In this document: piece after piece, positions 9,382 to 13,812 of the stretch
Layout: every line of letters begins with the position of its first letter
Numbering within the stretch: the first letter of the stretch is position 1
Origin: Fonticula alba ATCC 38817
Lineage: Eukaryota > Protista > Nucleariida
Strand: one strand, 5' to 3'
Length of the DNA stretch: 13,812 nucleotides
Assembly (NCBI GenBank): GCA_000388065.2
Contig: KB932209.1
Translations under genes and position numbers: made by a program
Notes under the pieces: generated by a model
The model's input: the letters and a program-made list of their open reading frames with translations, nothing else
Told to the model about the DNA's origin: nothing
The model's database searches: none

Positions 9382-10020
9382 GATTGAGGAGAAGGGCCAG
9401 GGGGATAGGGGGGGAGGGGGGACGGGGAGGGGCAGGCGTGAGGGGTGATATGGGGCCTGGGTGGCTGCGGAGGGAGACGCTCTCGGCTGCCGATCGGCAC
9501 AGGGGGCACCGGCCGAAGAGGCCCCCAGGACGGGGGTGCCGACGCACAAACATACCCGCGCGGCGCCGGCTGGGGCGCGGGCCGACGGCCCCCGACGCCC
9601 GCCGTGTCCCGAGAGTGCGAGGGGGGGGGGCAGCCCGGTCCGATCGAAAGTGCAAGGTCACGCCGGCGGCCACCGGTCTTGAGACTGGAGCGCGGCCGGC
9701 GCATCGTGATTGCCTATTAACGGGGCCCCCATGACCGGGCAGGGGCGGGGTTGGGCTAGCCCAGGCGTGCTCCCTGTGCCCGGTCGCGACGGACTGCCGC
9801 CTATCGGCGGGGGCGGGCCATCCAGCATGTCAGCATGCGGGCATACGCTAAGGAGGCGGCAGCGCGCACGTATGTAACCCCGCATGCGGCCCGGACCTCC
9901 GGGTGTGTGTGCATTATACGGAGGGGAGCGCGTGAGTCGTACCGGCCTGCGGGGGGACAGACCGCCGTGGAACCGCGCCTTAACCGAGCACGGGGCCGGG
10001 CGCCCGCAGCCCCCCCCCCC

Positions 10021-10094
10021 NNNNNNNNNNNNNNNNNNNNNNNNNNNNNNNNNNNNNNNNNNNNNNNNNNNNNNNNNNNNNNNNNNNNNNNNNN
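10021..10094. other. Assembly gap (74 N) in the HMBS-CDO intergenic region
   Basis: N run preceded by a C tract. Confidence 0.99.
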
Positions 10095-10130
10095 GGGCGG
10101 CAGCCGGCCGTCGAGATCCCAACTGTGAGG
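10095..10130 (-). repeat. 36-bp exact inverted copy of 7023-7058 (TFIIE-alpha intron/micro-exon junction)
   Basis: The reverse complement of 10095-10130 is cctcacagttgggatctcgacggccggctgccgccc, identical to 7023-7058. It abuts the 10021-10094 gap. Confidence 0.9.
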
Positions 10131-11341
10131 GGGGGGCGAGGGAGGGCGCATCCCAATGCTCCGTCCAGCTGAAGGCGCGTGTACGGACCAAGGACCGTGC
10201 CCGGCCCCGTGCCAGGCCGAAGGCAGGGATCGACCGTCACTGATGGGTCGGCGGGGGGGGGGGCCGGGTCGGTCACATTGCCGTGGAGGCCCATTCAATC
10301 CCAGTCGTCGGGGGGACGGAGCGGCCGGCTCGATCTCACCATGCAAGACCGGCCAGGCGGGGTGTCTGAGCACCCTCTTGAAGCAGGACGAGGAAAGGGT
10401 CAGCTGTCGTGGTGCGGTACCGGTGCGTGGAGGAGGGGCCACATGCCCTCCCGTGGGGGGGGGGGGGGACACCCGGCCGGGACACAGGGGAACAATATCG
10501 CGAGCAACAGCCCTCTTCGCATGCATGTGTATGCCTGTGTGTGGCGGCGGGCAAGCACGATCGACGGGTGTTCCCTTGCCTCAAGCATGACCGCACCCCA
10601 TGCACAGCCCCGATCGGTCCGGTGTCCGGCCGCGCTGAGCCGCCCGCGAGTCCGGGCACAAGCACAATCAGGCAAGTAGCCCGCGCCCCCCGCTCCCCCG
10701 GGAGAGGGAGCCCCGAGAGACGGGGCCGCGAGCTAGACCTGACAACCAGCACACCTTTGCCTGCCCGGGATGCGCGCGCCCCCGGCCGGTGGGTAACTCT
10801 GTCTCTTTTCTTTATCATTACGGCTTCACCGTGACAGACAGACGTTGTAACAAATGCGCGGCCAGATGGGCAGGCAGCCGGTTTCTGGGGGTAGGGGGAG
10901 GGGGGGGGGACTGAGCGGGGCTGATGCGGTACATCAAGTCAGCTGCGGCCAAAACAAACACCAACGTGTATTCCTCCCGCCGGGGGTGGCGGTGTTGGCG
11001 CTCCACTCCCATCCGGGAAAAGCGGCTGGAGGCAACACTGGCGCTTTTCTGACAGCGCCCCCATCGCAACCGGCCCCAAGCATCAATAGAGTCCACCCTT
11101 TCCCCCTCCCCCCTCCAACACCCCCCTGTCCGCCTTTTTCCTGTCGCCCCCCCCCTCCCGCTGCGTCACCGACTGGTGCGTCTCTCCGCCCCTCTCCTCT
11201 CTCTCTCTCTCCCTTCTCCCCTCCCTCTTGCGCCGGCTCCTCTCGCTCCTCTTTTTTCCCCGCCACCACCCCTCTTACACTCTGTTAATTGTACCATGCA
11301 GGCGACCACCCCCCCCTCCGCCTCCCCCGCCGAAGAGCAGC

Positions 11342-12259
11342 ATGAACACGATCGCTACGCATGCGGCTGGCCCCGCGGCCGACGCCTTCCCCTCCAAAGC
11401 CCGTGTGTGCAACTGCCCCACCCGATGTCTGACTCCGGCGGATGATATCAACTTTCTCGACGCCGCCAACCCCCGGCACACGGAGCCCCTCGCCCCCGAG
11501 GACGAGCCGACCACTCCCACCAGCATCGACCACCTGCGCGAGCTGCTGAAGGCCGAGTTCGACAATGAGGGCATCTCCACCCTCTGCTACCGGCGCCTGA
11601 AGCGCGTGCGTCGCTTGATGCAGCTGTACACCCCGAAGCCCGAGGACTATGCCCCGTATGCGCACTTCCGTGATGGATACTACACCCGCAATCTGGTGGA
11701 CGACGGCAACGGCCACTTCAACCTGATTGTCCTCGCCTGGGCCGAGGGCCAGGGCAGGTATGTGCCATCAGGACCGGCGTTGGCCCGGGCCTTGGGCCGG
11801 TGCAGACGTGCGCGCCAAAGAAGAATGCCGCGGAACAGCCACACTAACATCAGTACTGGTGGGCGGGGGGGAAAAAAAAACCCAACAACCACCACCACAC
11901 CACCATCCAAAGCCCTGTGCACGACCATTCCGGCTCGCACTGCTTCATGAAGGTCCTCGATGGTACCCTCGAGGAGACCCTCTACCATACCCCGGCCGAT
12001 GAGCCCCACGGTGAGGACCATGACGATGACGATGAGGAGACCGCCCCGCTGGAGACCATCTCCAAGACGAACCTCGGCGCCGGCTCGCTGGCATACATCC
12101 ACGGTATGTAGCACTGTTGCCTGTGCAAACACACGTCAGTGGCACACGCCGCTCGCCCTCGCTCCCCGGGAGAAACCCACCTCCCTGCCGCCTCTTTCTT
12201 CCTAGCCCCCCGACTCCGTGCGACGCTGCCCTCCCCCCCCCCCCCCCACCCCCTCTCTC

Positions 12260-12294
<35 letters not shown>

Positions 12295-12607
12295 ACCCCT
12301 GGTCACTNNNNNNNNNNNNNNNNNNNNNNNNNNNNNNNNNNNNCATCCTCTCTCTCTCTCTCCCTGTCTCACTCTCTTTCTCCCCCGCCCTCCTCGATAC
12401 ACGCACGGCCCATGCGAATGCGACCCAGATCGCATCGGCTTGCACAAGGTCCACAACCCCTCGAACGACATTCCCTCGCTTAGTCTGCACCTCTACTCTC
12501 CGCCCTACACGCTGAGCCATGCCTACAATCCCAAGACCGGCACCCGAAGCCAGCCCGGCCAGATGCTCTTCCACTCGGTGGGCGGCCAGCTTGTCAAGCG
12601 CTCTTGA
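11342..12607 (+). CDS. CDO1: Cysteine dioxygenase type 1 (cupin fold), 261 aa, spliced
   Basis: Exons 11342-11757, 11913-12103, 12429-12607 (786 nt, in frame). Motifs: YYTRNLVDDGNGHFNLIVLAW (substrate-binding Arg), SPVHDHSGSHCFMKVLDG.L.E (two Fe-ligand His plus crosslink Cys), IGLHKVHN (third His), SLHLYSPP (Ser-His-Tyr triad and crosslink Tyr). The start codon is less certain than the gene identity. Confidence 0.96.
12235..12299 (+). repeat. Poly-C tract (C34 at 12261-12294) in CDO intron 2
   Basis: Directly visible, just before the gap at 12308. Confidence 0.9.
12308..12343. other. Assembly gap (36 N) in CDO intron 2
   Basis: N run following the poly-C tract. Confidence 0.99.
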
Positions 12608-12815
12608 GGGGCAGAGGTGGCCATATGCCCACCTGGGAGTTCTCCTCCCCTCATGCGGAGCGTGTGTGTCTGCGTGTCTGTGTCTGTCCTCGCATCTGGG
12701 GCTGGACTCACGCACCCACAACACGCGCAGTTACATGCCCCGAGTCCGAGTGAGCCTGCCCGAGACCCGACAGGGGCGGCGAGCTCGCGCACCTTGATCG
12801 CGGGGCATCCCCCCT

Positions 12816-12861
12816 CCACCACCACCACCACCACCAATCACACACACACACACACACACAC
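12816..12861 (+). repeat. Compound microsatellite (CCA)7 + (CA)11 downstream of CDO
   Basis: CCA x7 at 12816-12836, then CA x11 at 12839-12860. Confidence 0.95.
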
Positions 12862-13750
12862 TCATACGGGCGTAGGTAAACCCGCCTCACAACGCTCCTC
12901 TCCTGTGTCATATCGTCCGCCCCCCCCTCCCTCCCCTCTTGCCATTGCGTGAGAGGGAAACTGACCAGGATTGATGGAGCCACGCGGGGAGGGACCCCTC
13001 CAATTCCAAAAGGACGATCTTGTTGTTTCCACCTGTCCTTCCAACCACCAAATACAGCCAAAAATGCAGACACTCGAGGCAAGGGAAAGACTGGTGGCAG
13101 CGCGCATGTGCAGACACTCGAAACCAGCGCGCGCGTGAGGGCGGGGAAGGGCTTGACTGCCGTTGTGTGACGAGGGTGAGAGCCCATCGCAGGCAGGGGA
13201 GATCGCGAAGTGGGACGAGGGGCCCGGAAAGGAGGGACACACCTCTCTTCCATCTGCGCCGGCTGTGATCGGCCCCCAGGAGAGAGATGTCCCTTTGGAG
13301 GGGCTTTCATTATTCCTTCGAGCCGTGAATGTGCCGTCTTGACATGAATATTCTTCGATTAAAAGTCCACCCAAATATATACCCCTCACTCATCACTTAC
13401 CGCTCATTGGTCTCCTTTAAGCCCCCCCCCCCCCCGCACCCTCCCCTTCGGTTGCCAAGACCCCATAGGGGGCTTCGCTGAGGCGGCAAATGCCCCGAGG
13501 AGTCGGCCGGACAGCGCGCTGGGATGTGCGGTCGCTTGGGGGGGGGGGCAGACACGCCTGCGCGAAAACCATCACAGCCCATCGCTTCCCTGCCGCCCCC
13601 CGGCACGGCTCGCCTTCCTCGTCCTCCGTCCCTTTCCAAGGTCCGCGGGGTACCCCCCCGTTGAGAGAGGTACATAAAGCAGCCCGGGGGCAGGTGGTGA
13701 CAACCGACTTCCATGATCACATGCGTTTAGGTTGACTGTAGTGGTATCCC

Positions 13751-13764
13751 CCAATCTCTATAAA
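13751..13764 (+). promoter_or_regulatory. Possible core-promoter motif (CCAAT then TATAAA) for a gene beyond the window
   Basis: CCAAT at 13751-13755 and TATAAA at 13759-13764 in a locally AT-richer patch. The spacing is atypically tight and no downstream gene is visible. Confidence 0.2.
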
Positions 13765-13812
13765 CCAAGTCACAGGTTGAATTACAAGATCCCCACGTGA
13801 ACGGCCCCGTGG

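Larger units (their letters stand above)
9382..11341. promoter_or_regulatory. Divergent intergenic region expected to hold the HMBS (-) and CDO (+) promoters and 5' UTRs
   Basis: Inferred from gene orientation only. No family-recognisable ORF and no transcription start site could be identified. Confidence 0.5.

Noticed and set aside
10228-10252. CAGUGA on the minus strand as a possible iron-responsive element upstream of HMBS
   Set aside because: No 5-bp upper stem with C bulge flanks the loop, and it lies about 850 nt from the ATG.
10711-10770. Vague TPP-riboswitch-like words (gaga..acctga..gcctgc..ggga)
   Set aside because: It lacks the conserved UGAGA and L5 elements and a consistent P1-P5 pairing, and no thiamine gene is adjacent.
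9658-11288. Numerous 90-240-aa ORFs in the HMBS-CDO intergenic region
   Set aside because: Low-complexity R/G/P/A translations typical of GC-rich non-coding DNA, several crossing an N gap, with no motifs.
12608-13812. ORFs of 60-200 aa and a minus-strand ATGAGCG|GTAAGT donor-like site at 13401
   Set aside because: No recognisable protein family or consistent exon chain. The region is best treated as the CDO 3' UTR plus intergenic DNA unless RNA-seq shows otherwise.
1-13812. CRISPR arrays, transposases/TIR elements, tRNA/rRNA, prokaryotic operon or defence system
   Set aside because: No regularly spaced repeats, transposase or RT motifs, cloverleaf or rRNA signatures were seen. The locus consists of spliceosomal-intron eukaryotic housekeeping and metabolic genes.

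Overview
This is GC-rich eukaryotic genomic DNA from a draft assembly with five N gaps (4558-4567, 6450-6534, 7670-7750, 10021-10094, 12308-12343). I reconstructed four intron-containing genes by hand, and every exon junction keeps the reading frame: (1) the 3' half of the DNA polymerase epsilon catalytic subunit (+, 5'-partial, ends 5378); (2) TFIIE alpha (+, 5721-7608); (3) porphobilinogen deaminase/HMBS (-, ATG at 9381, last exon unresolved near the 7670-7750 gap); (4) cysteine dioxygenase (+, 11342-12607), head-to-head with HMBS. The proteins look opisthokont-like. The GC content, C-rich introns and gappy assembly suggest a unicellular holomycotan such as Fonticula, but that is an inference I cannot verify. 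I found no prokaryote-type system, mobile element, CRISPR array or recognisable RNA gene. The most interesting signals are: a 5' splice-site consensus GTRYGY with no A at +4 in any of 20 donors; a large acidic-then-basic insertion in Pol epsilon; possible post-transcriptional switches on CDO (competing 3' splice sites, an overlapping uORF, a Cys-rich N-terminus); and two short copies of distant window sequence abutting assembly gaps, probably artifacts. Family comparisons come from memory of the human and yeast proteins, not from a database search.
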